A stretch of DNA of 55,673 nucleotides, the filler included, from Catajapyx aquilonaris (Eukaryota), in NCBI GenBank assembly GCA_000934665.2. It is 2 parts of 2 records of this genome, joined end to end, with 100 filler letters (N's around TTAATTAATTAA, not from the genome) between each part and the next. Parts side by side here need not be neighbours in the genome. Positions count along the whole stretch, not along the records: positions 27,832 to 55,673 come from JYFJ02005012.1; 1 more part is not named here. One strand, written 5' to 3'. The notes under the pieces were generated by a model. The model saw nothing but the letters and a program-made list of their open reading frames with translations, was not told the DNA's origin and did not search any database. Positions 27,732 to 39,692 of the stretch are shown piece after piece. The position numbers and the translations under genes are program-made. Numbering within the stretch: the first letter of the stretch is position 1; each line of letters starts with the position of its first letter.

Positions 27732-27831
27732 NNNNNNNNNNNNNNNNNNNNNNNNNNNNNNNNNNNNNNNNNNNNTTAATTAATTAANNNNNNNNNNNNN
27801 NNNNNNNNNNNNNNNNNNNNNNNNNNNNNNN
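27732..27831. other. artificial assembly gap spacer
   Basis: Exactly 44 N + TTAATTAATTAA (stop codons in all six frames) + 44 N = 100 nt, immediately after a poly-G run. Confidence 0.95.
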
Positions 27832-28204
27832 TCTCCCTCTCCCGCCAGGAGGCAACGAGTATGCTCAATTCCATCGCGTCAAAAGGATGGTCACACAAGT
27901 CAGTCACTCTGTATTATTTACTCTTGATAGTACTGGCAGTACTGGTATTTTTTCTGGCTCCGTTAGCCTAACAATATGAATTCACCATAGTAACATGCAA
28001 ACATTAATTGTTTCAGTGCCATTGTTGGCAATTCTATAGGGTTTTCTTTAATTTTTGGAAAGCACCTACTAAAGTGTAGGTATACCATTATTTTTAGAAT
28101 TTCAATTATTCAATACATGCGATAAGAAATCTAGTTTCATTACCCAGTTGCTATTGGAACACTTTTTCCGTTCCTCTCCGTGTGTATGAAGCGGTAATAA
28201 CATC

Positions 28205-30030
28205 ATGGACGATCTACCTCAACGTGTCAGTGCACTCGGTACACATTTGACAGACGCAATCATACGAAGTTTATTCGCCGTCGCTGAAAACATCATAACT
28301 TCCTCTGAATACAACGCGAGTATTCTCAATGAAGGTGAGAGACAAGATGACTTTGTAACTTTTTGTTTCCGCCAAATCCTGCTTTTCTTTTCTGTATAGG
28401 ACCTCCAGGAATGACACCCATTGCTCTTGTGCTTTGCAAACAATTGTGGGAGAGCGACCAACCAATGAACATGAAGCTACTCAGATTGCTAGTCCATCGA
28501 GGAGCCGACATACACTCGGAAATACCTGTGTGCTGGCACGACTTTACCCGTCCGTTAAGTGAGGTTGTAGTGTTCTACATAAAGATGTCATACCTGTGCC
28601 GTAAAAAGTTGTTACAGAAGTAAGTTGTCATAAGCATTAAGAGTGGCTTTGTACTGCACGTATATTTTTTTAAAACACTTAATAAGGGAACCGAGTGGGA
28701 AGGATGAGACTATCCATGCAATAGGATTGAACGGTGAAGAAAATTTAAGCCTGGAAGAACAAAGAGATCATACTTTACGGATGATAGACGTACTCTTATG
28801 TAAGTGCAATTGATATTCTGACATTTTTTTTGTCTATAATCAAAGAGGCTACAATTATTTTCCAGGTGCCGGAGCAGACAGCAACATGGCGATTGACATA
28901 GACGACAGGACCATATTGCACCTGGTACTAGGAGACAAACAGGAACCGTTTCTGGATCTGGTCAACACACTATGTGAAGCAGGAGCCGATATAAACCGGA
29001 CCGACTCGTTTGGAAGGTCACCTCTTATGGAGCTGATCGGTTGCGGAAATACGGACAAGGCTGTCACACTGATGCGCTATTTCTGGGAGCGATCTGTGGT
29101 TGGTATTGAGGTCAATAGGTCATATAGAGCGGGCAGGCCCTCTCCCCCTAATTAATTAATTAGTTTGGTTATGCCAGTAACTTATCACAGTTTGCCTGTC
29201 CAGGTTCCAGACATCTGGAAGTGTGACTGCGACGGCAGAAATATTTTGTGGGAGGCCATGGCCACGGGCAACACTGCTTTGGCGATAGACTTTTGCAGCA
29301 GAGGAGTTTCGCAATCGGACAGAGCCAGAATCGAAACCTGCTACTGGTGGCGATCTGCTGCAGTCGCCATGCTCTCACCAATTTTCGCGCCTTTTCTCAA
29401 GAATTCGGGCGTCTATGCCAAGTTGGATGAATTTCGTTACAAAGGCGACGGAATCACAAACGTGAACTTGTTGGCCAAGGTGTTGCATTCGGCAGTGGCT
29501 CCAGTGGTGGACGCGGGCTTCCTCAACACCCGAGAGGTTCAGGATGAGCTGGAGACACTCATATGCAAAAAGACCAACTTCCACCAGGTGTTCAAGTGCA
29601 AGACTTGGAACCGGAGCAACGTCATACCTTTGATGTTTGGGAATTTCGGGGCTGGACTGAAGCAACGGTGTGTGAGGGCCATCCTGAGCAGCGTAGTCTC
29701 TGAGAGAGTGGTTGCCGGTATGAGAAGGCACACTGCATTGTCCTAATCCTCTTTTTGAACCATGGACTTGGGCAGTGCACATTTAATTATTTTTAAACAA
29801 ATTCTATTGTTGCAGGTCATAAGTCAAAGCAACCCATCATGAGCATAATGAATAGCATGCAAAAATCCAGGTCGCTGCAGCTGAAACCTCGGAACATAAC
29901 CGCGTTGATGAAAGACCTGCGCATACCAGCATCGTTGAAGAAGTTCTTTATGATCGAAGGTGCCAAAATTCAACTGGGTGCTGCTCTGTATCAGTACACA
30001 TACGTGAAACATCGGACATGGTGGACATAA
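28205..30030 (+). CDS. ankyrin-repeat protein with SOCS-box-like C-terminus (ASB-like), 6 exons, about 474 aa
   Basis: Exons 28205-28334, 28400-28619, 28687-28799, 28866-29098, 29204-29717, 29816-30030 join through GT-AG introns into one open frame of 1425 nt. Ankyrin signatures: GMTPIAL...LLVHRGADI, RTILHLV...LCEAGADIN, GRSPLMEL, GRNILWEA. BC-box-like LKQRCVRAI and cullin-box-like LRIPASLKKFF. AATAAA at 30108-30113. The exon 4 donor could alternatively be about 12 nt downstream, and an upstream exon cannot be excluded. Confidence 0.8.
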
Positions 30031-30850
30031 ACAACTGCACGTGGCTGCGTGTATTGTACCCTACAAAATTAATGCATTTTGTCTGTTTACATGAATATCC
30101 GGATACTAATAAACAAATTGGTGTGAATATTTTAGCAGTGTCCTTTTTTGATTCAATTCTCCCTACCAACATGACAGTACTGCGTGCTATTGAAGTTTGC
30201 ATGGTAATCACGCCTTATGACCTCATTACATCTTGCTTCTCCAATAAACCATTAAAACCAATATCATTTATAAATGTTATAAAATCTGCAAAAAAAATTA
30301 TAATTACAGAACCTGTAGGTGGCATGTAGTACCCACTAACACTTCAATCTAATTGTACAGTACAACACTGGCTCTGACCTCATTTAGACTCTCTTGCCTA
30401 CGATAATGTTATTATAAGACTTCAAGCTCGAAACTTATGTAAAGAATAAAGTATAAATTACCTGAAGTTGAAAATGATCCTTTCCAGGACGAGTAAAATA
30501 TTCCATGGTCAGAGTATACACACACACTACACTCGAATATTGCCTGGAGTGCTCAGAAGAACAAGTGCGACTGATGTAAAAGTGATTGTGGAAAAGCGCC
30601 CAGGACAACCAGGAAGTTGGGTCGAGGTCGCATGGGGCAATAGCAGTTAGATGTGGCATCACCCAGCACTTGTAGACAAAATGTCTCTCAGGTCACTTTT
30701 AAGAATAAACGTCGTTTCATGTTATACTTGGGATTTCGATATAATTCGCATTTACTCAAACTTATTACTATGCAAATAAAGTTTAACATCCAAAATACCG
30801 GTGGCTATACCAACATCTCGAAGAGGTTGCATCAGAATGTCCGGTGTGAG

Positions 30851-30971
30851 GAAGGGCGTGTACCTTGAAGGACCTGGCTGCTGCTGCCAGTATCCAGCAA
30901 GCCAGATGATGAAGAACCGGGCCAGCAAGGACGATCACAACTACTGGAAGGGGGTATATATAAGATGCCGG
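30851..30971 (+). promoter_or_regulatory. cuticle gene 1 promoter: TATA box plus two CAAGG (FTZ-F1-like) sites
   Basis: TATATATAAGATGCCGG from 30955; ACCTTGA at 30862-30868 and CAAGG at 30926-30930. The same module precedes all five cuticle genes. Confidence 0.75.
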
Positions 30972-31042
30972 TCGCCGGTTGGAAGCATCATCCACAAGCA
31001 CAGCATCACAGCCTCTGGATCTCTCTCGCAACCACCTCAACA

Positions 31043-31677
31043 ATGAACTTCCTGGTAAGGACATCATTAGGTTTATTTTACTCATTGGGTTTATTTATTT
31101 GTGTTGTGTTGGGCAGGTCATCTTCTCCACGCTGGTGGCAGCAGCCATGGCTAAGCCTGGCTTCCTGGGCGCCCCTGCTTTTGCCCCAGCAGTGGCCTAC
31201 GGTGGTCCGATCAACATCCCCACCATCGTCAATGGCTTCGTCGACGACACCCCAGACGTGAAGGCTGCCAGGGCTGCCCATTTCGATGCCCATGCTCAAG
31301 CTACTGGCCGTGCATTGGCCACTGGCGCCATCGTGACCGGTCCCATCGCTGCTCCTCTGGCCGTGGCTCGCTACGGAGGCCCCATCCACATCCCAACCAT
31401 CGTCGGAGGTTACGTCGACGACACCCCAGATGTCAAGGCCAACCGCGCTGCCCATCTTGATGCCCATGTTCAGGCTAATGCACGCAACTACGGTGTCGCA
31501 GGTGTCGGTGTCGGACCTGCTCTGGCTGGATACGCCGGACCCCTTGGATACGCCGGTCCCATCCCAGCCGTCGTCAATGGCTTCGTCGACGAGACCCCAG
31601 AGGTCAAGGCCGTCAAGGCTGCCCACTTCAACGCCCATCTTGAGGCCAAGGCACGAAACGGAATCATCTTTGGTTAG
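31043..31677 (+). CDS. cuticular protein with three 18-residue motifs (no R&R domain), 190 aa
   Basis: Exon 1 31043-31054 (MNFL), GT-AG intron 31055-31116, exon 2 31117-31677. Signal peptide, Ala/Gly/Pro-rich, three copies of the FVD(D/E)TP(D/E)VKAxxAAHx(D/N)AH motif, matching the PVDTPEVAAAKAAHFAAH 18-aa cuticle motif. Confidence 0.9.
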
Positions 31678-32015
31678 CCAAACACATTCCCACAAAAAAT
31701 GAACAAAAAATGAGCTTGCTTTCAGGAAAACTGACATTTCGTAGGCAAAAAAAGTAGTCTGCAGACTCCCTTTCCTTCCGTGCTTTTGTATATAAATCAC
31801 TGTCTGCTAAGGTAATGTATTTATGAACTTGCAGTGGTGTAAAATCAGCAAAAAATAAAGAAAATGACAAATATTTTACTTAACTGTTTATTGTTACTTC
31901 ACATGAATCCATCTACTATCCTTAAGTCATATTTGGAGTATATTGTTATGCCATCTAAGCAATAATTGACGACATGTATACCGAGGACAGCAAGGATATA
32001 TCAGTGATTTTATAC

Positions 32016-32017
<2 letters not shown>

Positions 32018-32076
<59 letters not shown>
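32018..32076. repeat. (AG)n microsatellite
   Basis: About 29 uninterrupted AG units. Confidence 0.97.
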
Positions 32077-32081
<5 letters not shown>

Positions 32082-32312
32082 CATAATTATGAATGTACCT
32101 TGGAATGTACTGTACGCCGGCGTACATTACAGTACGTACTACTGCAGACTACTGTACTTCTCTGAACTGAAGAAATCCGCTGAATAAAGATGAACTGGCC
32201 TCCAAATGATCCGGACTCCTCTGATCAATAATTTACAAAAACTAATGTGGTGGCCACTACTTCATGCTCCAAACCACGATAATTACGATTCTTTTTGCAA
32301 ATATACGTAATA

Positions 32313-33329
32313 CAGGGTGGACGGAAAGTTTCGGACCCCCCCCCCCCCAGGTTTTTTAACCGTACTTTTCACAGCGTCTTTTCACATCTTTTAAAAGTCC
32401 ACAAGCAGTTCTAATGTACACTATCTTTTGAAGCATAATCTCGAGAACATCTGAGCACCTTCGCTCTCGCAATTCCATTAATAACTTCGCCTCTGTGACT
32501 CATCTAAACATCCTATCTGTTTTGCGTTTATTTTGCTTGTTGCCTTGGAGGACCCCTGGTCATATTCTGCGTCAGATAAAGTTTTTATGACCCTTTTCCA
32601 TGAGTTCCCCTTCATGCAAATGTTGTGAACTCACTCCTGACCTTATTTTTCGCATTGGTCCATAACCTGGTCCAATAAAATTTTTAAAAGGAATGCATGA
32701 AATGGCGGACCCGGATGCATTACTTTCGAATTGGTACCATCACATTTGTCTCCATTTTTACTTTAAATAATTTTTTGGTGGGAAAGGACAGTAAACAGTC
32801 CTACCTTGGTAAATTAATCAACATGACACATCCTTTCGTTCACGTCCTTTCGCACCAAAAAATTATTTTAAAGTAAATATGGAGACAAATGTGATGGTAC
32901 CAATGTGAGAATTCGAAAGTAATGCATCCGGGTCCGCCATTTCATGCATTCCTTTTCAAATTTTTATTGGACCAGGTTATGGACCAATGCGAAAAACAAG
33001 GTCAGGAGTGAGTTCACAACATTTGCATGAAGGGGAACGCATGGAAAAGGGTCATAAAAACCTTATCTGACGCAGAGTATGACCAGGGGTCCTCCAAGGC
33101 AACAAGCAAAATAAACGCAAAACAGATAGGATGTTTAGTTGAGTCACAGAGGCGAAGTTATTAATGGAATTGCGAGAGCGAAGGTGCTCAGATGTTCTCG
33201 AGATTATGCTTCAAAAGATAGTGTACATTAGAACTGCTTGTGGACTTTTAAAAGATGTGAAAAGACGCTGTGAAAAGTACGGTTAAAAAACCTGGGGGGG
33301 GGGGGGTCCGAAACTTTCCGTCCACCCTG
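32313..33329. mobile_element. foldback-type non-autonomous DNA transposon (Tc1/mariner-like termini)
   Basis: TA|CAGGGTGGACGGAAAGTTTCGGAC...GTCCGAAACTTTCCGTCCACCCTG|TA. Arms 32313-32789 and 32844-33329 are near-perfect reverse complements around a 54-nt spacer. Confidence 0.92.
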
Positions 33330-33431
33330 TATTTCCATCATAAATCCTTCCAAAAAGGGCATTTGTCCAAGAAGTCTAATTTTATGTAACTGACAAAAAA
33401 AACTGATTTATTTATTTGCACATAATACCGG

Positions 33432-33472
33432 CAGGGAGCATATAGTCTACTTCATGTTGTTTATGCTCCCTG
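33432..33472. mobile_element. 41-bp mini inverted-repeat insertion with 7-bp TSD (P-element-like)
   Basis: Perfect 11-bp TIRs CAGGGAGCATA / TATGCTCCCTG, flanked on both sides by ATACCGG (33425-33431 and 33473-33479). Confidence 0.65.
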
Positions 33473-33509
33473 ATACCGGTAATGGTTAGCAAAATTACCA
33501 CATAAATGT

Positions 33510-33566
33510 CAGTAATAGCCATACGGTACACAGTAATAGCCATACGGTACACAGTAATAGACATAC
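33510..33566. repeat. 21-bp tandem repeat, about 2.7 copies
   Basis: CAGTAATAGCCATACGGTACA twice, then the partial copy CAGTAATAGACATAC. Confidence 0.85.
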
Positions 33567-34091
33567 ACATAGCCACAGTTACAAATTACTGAATTCCGCC
33601 AATTAGGTGTCCCTGAGGAAAAATGAAATTGATAAAAATGATTTTGCGTAGAATACAGTCATACGAAATCCGGGATGCAGCCATTTGTAATGTCGACCCC
33701 ATTCACTTAAATACGGCCATATATTTACAATGTGAATCACCCAACTTTGCTCAGTCACATTTTCATCCATATTGATTTTGGCAATGTTTTGCAGATAAAC
33801 ATAGGCTACTTTCTAATGGCCAAATCAATTCAGTGGCAAATGAATATTGCAGTCCTCTAGACGTCTAGAGAAATGTTTGAAAATTAATTAATGTAATCTG
33901 TTAAAATCCCTTCATATCTCAAAATTCAGTCAGTTTTGAATCCAAGAGTTGCACTCATTTCAGGTTCATTGTGGTCATACAGCTGGTTTTTAAGCCTGTA
34001 GTTGTTTTAACCCTCTTGGAGAACACGCTTGGAAACTGTAGGAAAAAGAACTTTCTCACAAATATTTTGCCCGCCTGAATTTTACATAATT

Positions 34092-34340
34092 GAAGGGGTT
34101 AGTGCCATAATGTGCTAAGCCACAAAACCGTCATTCTGAGATATGGGCTTTCAAAAGTTTGGCGTAATATGGCAAATCATACAAAACAAGGAACTTGATT
34201 CGTGATTTTCTCGTGATCTATGGGGAATTTTGCTAACTACGTGATGCCCACTTGTGAAGCACGATGGTGGGACTTTCAGACACGTGCAAGCTCGAAAAAC
34301 ACAAAAGTGTGGCTTAGCACGTTATGGCACTAACCCCTTC
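34092..34340. mobile_element. MITE with 33-bp TIRs and AATT 4-bp TSD (Sola-like)
   Basis: GAAGGGGTTAGTGCCATAATGTGCTAAGCCACA (34092-34124) versus 34308-34340, one mismatch; AATT on both flanks. The superfamily is inferred from the 4-bp AWWT TSD only. Confidence 0.8.
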
Positions 34341-35264
34341 AATTTCATACAGGAAGTGATGCTCCCAAATCACCAATTTCTGATGATATGACTTATTTCG
34401 TTTTGCGCAGAAAATTTTATTCGTAATTATTATTAGTACTATTATGATCAGTGAAATTTAAACAATTTCAGCATATCGTATTTACGTATTTAATGGTGTC
34501 TTGGTTGGTTGGTTGGTTTTAAGGGAAATGCCTGGCTTGTATGGCTCTTTCGTATTGAGCCTTGGCAGCCAGGGGATTTAATCAATGGTAAATGGTGTCT
34601 GATTCGACACCGCTACTTCTCACATTTGAAGCTACATGTAGCTTACGGCAATTTTTTAAAGGTATCTTTACACAGTGTGCGGCAGGGAGATTATTGGGAA
34701 ACAGACTTTATTTAGTACAAAAACATCAAGATACAATGTAGCCTACGTTTGTACAAAAATGTGTTTATATGGTCACTTAAAAATATCACATGGAGTTGCT
34801 TCTCCAACGAGGCAAATCTACATCAGAGGTCCGACTTCCGAGAGAGACTTACTCCATAATCATAGTGCGTAAATGCACGTTGCAATAGTTGTCGCAAACG
34901 ACATGTGGACAAAATGTTACAAGTGAAGAAGTTGAATCAGACTCATTAAATATGACATAGGTGAAAAAATAATTGCAATAACAATTGTGAAAAATATATC
35001 ATACATAATACTTGCCCCAATCACATGAAAATATTGCATCAGAATTTTGGTGCGGAAGGGCGTGTGCACCTTGAATGGGCCCGGTGATACCTGTATACCA
35101 GAGCAAGAAGATGAAGGACCGCAGACAAGGCCGGACAACCATGCCTCTCGAGAAAGGCCGGGTATATAAAGATGCCGGTAGCCGGCCTACAACCATCACC
35201 ATCCACGAAGCAGTCTCAGCCTCCGGATCAGTCTCCCAGAAGGACAAACACACCCTCAACAACA

Positions 35265-35800
35265 ATGCAGTGCTTGGTAGGTGGACACCGATTATTTCCA
35301 TTGCACATTAATGCTGACGTGTGTTTATGTCTCGTGTGCAGGTCATCCTCCCCATGCTGGTGGCAGTGGCAGTGGCAAGGCCTGGCTTCCTGGGCGCCCC
35401 TGCTGCCTTGGCCCCTGGTCTGGCCCTGGCTGGTCCCCTTCCCCGCTACGGAGGCCCCATCCACATCCCGGCCATCGTCGGAGGCTTCGTCGACGACACC
35501 CCAGAGGTCAAGGCCAACCGCGCTGCCCACCTGGACGCCCATGTCCAGGCCAACGCCAGGAACTACGGCGTCGCAGCCGTCGGCGTCGGACCCGCCCTGC
35601 CCGGACCCCTGGCTGCTGGACCTGCTGCCTTCGGGTACGCAGGACCCCTTGGGTACGCCGGACCCCTGGGATACGCCGGTCCCATCCCAGCCGTCGTCAA
35701 TGGCTTCGTCGACGAGACCCCAGAGGTCAAGGCTGTCAAGGCTGCCCACTTCGACGCCCATCTTGAGGCCAAGGCACGCAACGGAATCATCTTCGGTTAA
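35265..35800 (+). CDS. cuticular protein with two 18-residue motifs, 156 aa (copy 2)
   Basis: TATATAAA at 35163; exon 1 35265-35276 (MQCL), intron 35277-35341, exon 2 35342-35800. Signal peptide, GYAGPL repeats, two DTPEVKA..AAH.DAH motifs. Confidence 0.92.
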
Positions 35801-36191
35801 ATTATTTCAGAAACCTAATGCCAGACGATATTAGATCACAAGAAGAGAAGAGGTGATCCCAAGGGTGATCCTGTACATACGCACCGCAGAGATGCAGTTA
35901 GATGATGCTGCATTCCCGTCACTGCCCAGTAGCAAAGTGTAATTTTTACATAGTGTATTGCATTGCCTATAGTCACCCACCTCCTCCCGGTAATGCACTG
36001 CTGTGTAATTATTTTGTGACAGACAGTTGAAAAAAAAAAAATCAAAAACTGAAATAAAAATATAATTTAGCAGAAACATCCACTTTCTCATTTCAAATGC
36101 CACGTACTCTTCAGGTCACCATATAAACACTGGTACACAATCGAGTATTCATCTCATGATTGGGTACTACTGTACTAAGACTAACTCCATA

Positions 36192-36636
36192 GAGTAGAGT
36201 GGGGCAAGAGTACTCACCTAGTTTTTGATCCCATATAATTATTTCGTTTATACAAAAGAGTCAAATCCTTAACATTTATTACTCAAAATCCTCAACCCTC
36301 TTCTTTCAAATACACTAGGACTTTTACTTTAATTCTGAATAAATTTCATGTAATGTTTTATTTTGCAACAACGACAAAAGCGCACTTTTACCCCATCGGT
36401 CGCGGTGGCGCAAAAGTGTGCTTATGGTGGGGCAAAAGTTCGCATATACTCGTAATAAGGGATTTGGAAAAAGTACATAAATGATGTAGAACACAATGTA
36501 ATAAAAATACATCCAAAGTTACATGAAAAAGAATATGCCTATTTACTTTTAAATTTTATGCAAATGAAGTACCTGTATAACAGGAACATGTTCCATGCCA
36601 CCACTCTTCGCATGCCTTACACATGATCAAGTCCTC
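36192..36636 (-). mobile_element. pogo-like (DDE_1) transposon remnant, 3' end
   Basis: TA|GAGTAGAGTGGGGCAAGAG terminus with subterminal GGGGCAAAAG/CTTTTACCCC copies. - strand 36636-36556 translates as EDLIMCKACEEWWHGTCSCYTGTSFA*, resembling the C-terminal CxxCxxWxHxxC (PHD-like) motif of arthropod pogo-family transposases. Other end not found. Confidence 0.5.
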
Positions 36637-37829
36637 CGGATTTTGTAGTACTCTGTATATAGTTAACTAAGCCAAAGGAAAATAGCCTAATCATGTTATG
36701 TGCAACACTCCACGAAGAATAAGAAGAACAAGAAGGAATGCATCTGATATCGCAGGAGAGGAATAAAGAAGAAAAAAAACACCAGTCCAAATCACCTCAT
36801 TTCATATATCCATTCTGGCTTCATTAGACTGTAATCACGAAGTTCATAAAGTGGAAAGTACGTGGGTTCAATTATGTGGCCTCATCAAATGTAAGAAACT
36901 GGTTCAATAGGTGGTGCAGGCTCTATGATATCTGCTGTACCTGAGTATCATCCTGGAGAGTATAGGCCAATTGGTTCAAAACTACCAAAATGTATTTGCC
37001 AAACCCTATATACATACACTGCAGTCCCATCTCCACAAAATTGTTCTTATTAATATATACTTTCATTTTTCATACGTCTCCTCCCTTGCCCAATGGGCAG
37101 GATTTATGATTATTTGAATTCATGGCTTCCGTCAGTATCAACGGCGTCAAGTATTAAAAGGATCTCTTAGCTCTAAATGGCTTTGATTACTCTAATAATG
37201 AGCCGACGGACACCAACTAATAATGTACAGTACAATATGCAGTTTTTGTCACCTCTAGAAACATTTACGATTTTATTGTTGAAATTTCAGAAAATATGAC
37301 TAGGGTACATGGAAAAGGCAGACTCTGAATTTACAGAAAGATCACTTCTGCTGATGACATTACCTTATTAACGTAAATTATTATCAGTAGTCGGTTCCTG
37401 CACATCACCAATAATGGTACGTTCGTCCTCTAGTTGACTTACAGCATAGGCCTTTTTGTCTTCCAAGCAGACAACATATTTTGCAAAAAAATATATATAT
37501 ATATATATATATATATTGGTAATATGGTGACAGTACTCAACTGGAAGTAACACTGCTTTTTTGTTATACGTACCAATATTGCCAATATCAGGAAAATATT
37601 GCATCAGAATTTTGGTGCGGAAGGGCGTGTGCACCTTGAATGGTCCCGGTGATACCTGTATACCAGAGCAAGAAGATGAAGGACCGCAGACAAGGCCGGA
37701 CAACCATGCCTCTCGAGAAAGGCCGGGTATATAAAGATGCCGGTAGCCGGCCTACAACCATCACCATCCACGAAGCAGTCTCAGCCTCCGGATCAGTCTC
37801 CCAGTAGGACAAACACACCCTCAACAACA

Positions 37830-38365
37830 ATGCAGTGCTTGGTAGGTGGACACCGATTATTTCCATTGCACATTAATGTTGACCTGTGGTTATGTCTCGT
37901 GTGCAGGTCATCCTCCCCATGCTGGTGGCAGTGGCAGTGGCAAGGCCTGGCTTCCTGGGCGCCCCTGCTGCCTTGGCCCCTGGTCTGGCCCTGGCTGGTC
38001 CCCTTCCCCGCTACGGAGGCCCCATCCACATCCCGGCCATCGTCGGAGGCTTCGTCGACGACACCCCAGAGGTCAAGGCCAACCGCGCTGCCCACCTGGA
38101 CGCCCATGTCCAGGCCAACGCCAGGAACTACGGCGTCGCAGCCGTCGGCGTCGGACCCGCCCTGCCCGGACCCCTGGCTGCTGGACCTGCTGCCTTCGGG
38201 TACGCAGGACCCCTTGGATATGCCGGACCCCTGGGATACGCCGGTCCCTTCCCAGCCGTCGTCAATGGTTTCGTCGACGAGACCCCTGAGGTCAAGGCTG
38301 TCAAGGCTGCCCACTTCGACGCTCATCTTGAGGCCAAGGCACGCAACGGAATCATCTTCGGTTAA
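37830..38365 (+). CDS. cuticular protein with two 18-residue motifs, 156 aa (copy 3)
   Basis: TATATAAA at 37728; exon 1 37830-37841, intron 37842-37906, exon 2 37907-38365. One amino-acid difference from copy 2 (GPIP vs GPFP). Confidence 0.92.
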
Positions 38366-39579
38366 ATTAATGCAAAAACCTGCCCGATGCAAAAGAGACG
38401 CGCTTATTGTACATATTTAAATTATAACTTGCCGCAGCAATTATGCGATATTCATAAATGCTTGCATTTCCATTATTCCCTGCACAGTCCAGTGGCAAAG
38501 TGTGACTTTGCACCATGTATTGCCCAGTCACCCACCTCTTTCGGTGATGCATTAGTGTAAGTTATTATTTTGTTAAAGACTGGAACTTGTGTAAAATCCG
38601 ATGCAAAACAATAAAATACCTCAAAATACAATTACTTTACTCGACTTTACTTCATAATTTTCCCCATCATCAGCACATGGATCTGCAGATAGCCTATACC
38701 GTACACACAAATGAATTCCCGACGTGTTCTGGGAATTTGGCTATAATTTACATGAAAAATGCCCTGAATGCAATCATGCTTGGTACAATGCAATACATGC
38801 CAACGACGACACTGCTGTATTATACATGAATGTGCAATAGGTTTGTAAAATGCACAATTTCCCTCCGCAACCATTTCTTTCAATTGGCGCAATTCATCAT
38901 GACAATGTAACACAGTTCCCATCATTTACTATACCAAGTGCTTCAACATTATTTTCTGTTATTAGTCTGGCGTCTGTCTTAAGACTGCAGAAAATGTAAC
39001 ACTTCAAAAAGAGAAGAGTTCACTATAATAATATTAATATGGAGCTGACACTAAAGCAATAAAAATAAATCTAGTTTCGAAGGAAATTCAGAACTGTACT
39101 GTACATCTACATTAAAGTTTTGAATTTTTCCTTGAAATATTAGTTTCAGAGAACATTAGGCAATTTCTGTTATCCACACATTCATACTACAGTAATATTA
39201 GTTCTAATATAAATGTTCAGTATATACCCTTGGGTTGGAGGCACTACTTTTGACGACAGCAGTGACGTGCAGGAGATCAATGACATTATGGTAAGTCAGG
39301 TAGTCAGGATCAGAAAATAATAATTGACAGCTCGGGTGTGTAGCCTATACTGGCGTCAAGTCAGGGGAACGTAAGAGATAACAAATTGTCAGTCCATTTC
39401 AAAATACTATGGTTAATGAGCGTGTGAAATGAAAGTTGAAGATTTGAAAAGACCGCTCATCGAATACTGAGAATGACGACAAAGAGTAGATCATCATCGT
39501 AATGGAACCATATGGAAGGCAATGGCCTGACTCAGGAGCTTTATATTTTCACAGATTCTGCAGGATTTCCCGGAAATGA

Positions 39580-39692
39580 CAGGCAAAACTCTTCCATTGG
39601 GAAATAATTCCATGAAACGCTGTAAGTAGAGATTTATAAGTTACTTATACAGAGTTCCATGGAATTTTTTCCCAATGGAAGAGTTTTGTCTG
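39580..39692. repeat. 113-bp inverted repeat (45-bp arms)
   Basis: CAGGCAAAACTCTTCCATTGGGAAATAATTCCATGAAACGCTGTA versus 39648-39692, four mismatches. Confidence 0.8.

Noticed and set aside
27776..27787. TTAATTAATTAA palindrome amid Ns
   Set aside because: Synthetic six-frame-stop linker in a 100-nt scaffold gap, not biological sequence.
29148..29163. CTAATTAATTAATTAG palindrome resembling the linker
   Set aside because: Lies in predicted intron 4 of the ankyrin gene with no Ns, and the flanking exons join in frame; treated as a natural AT-rich palindrome.
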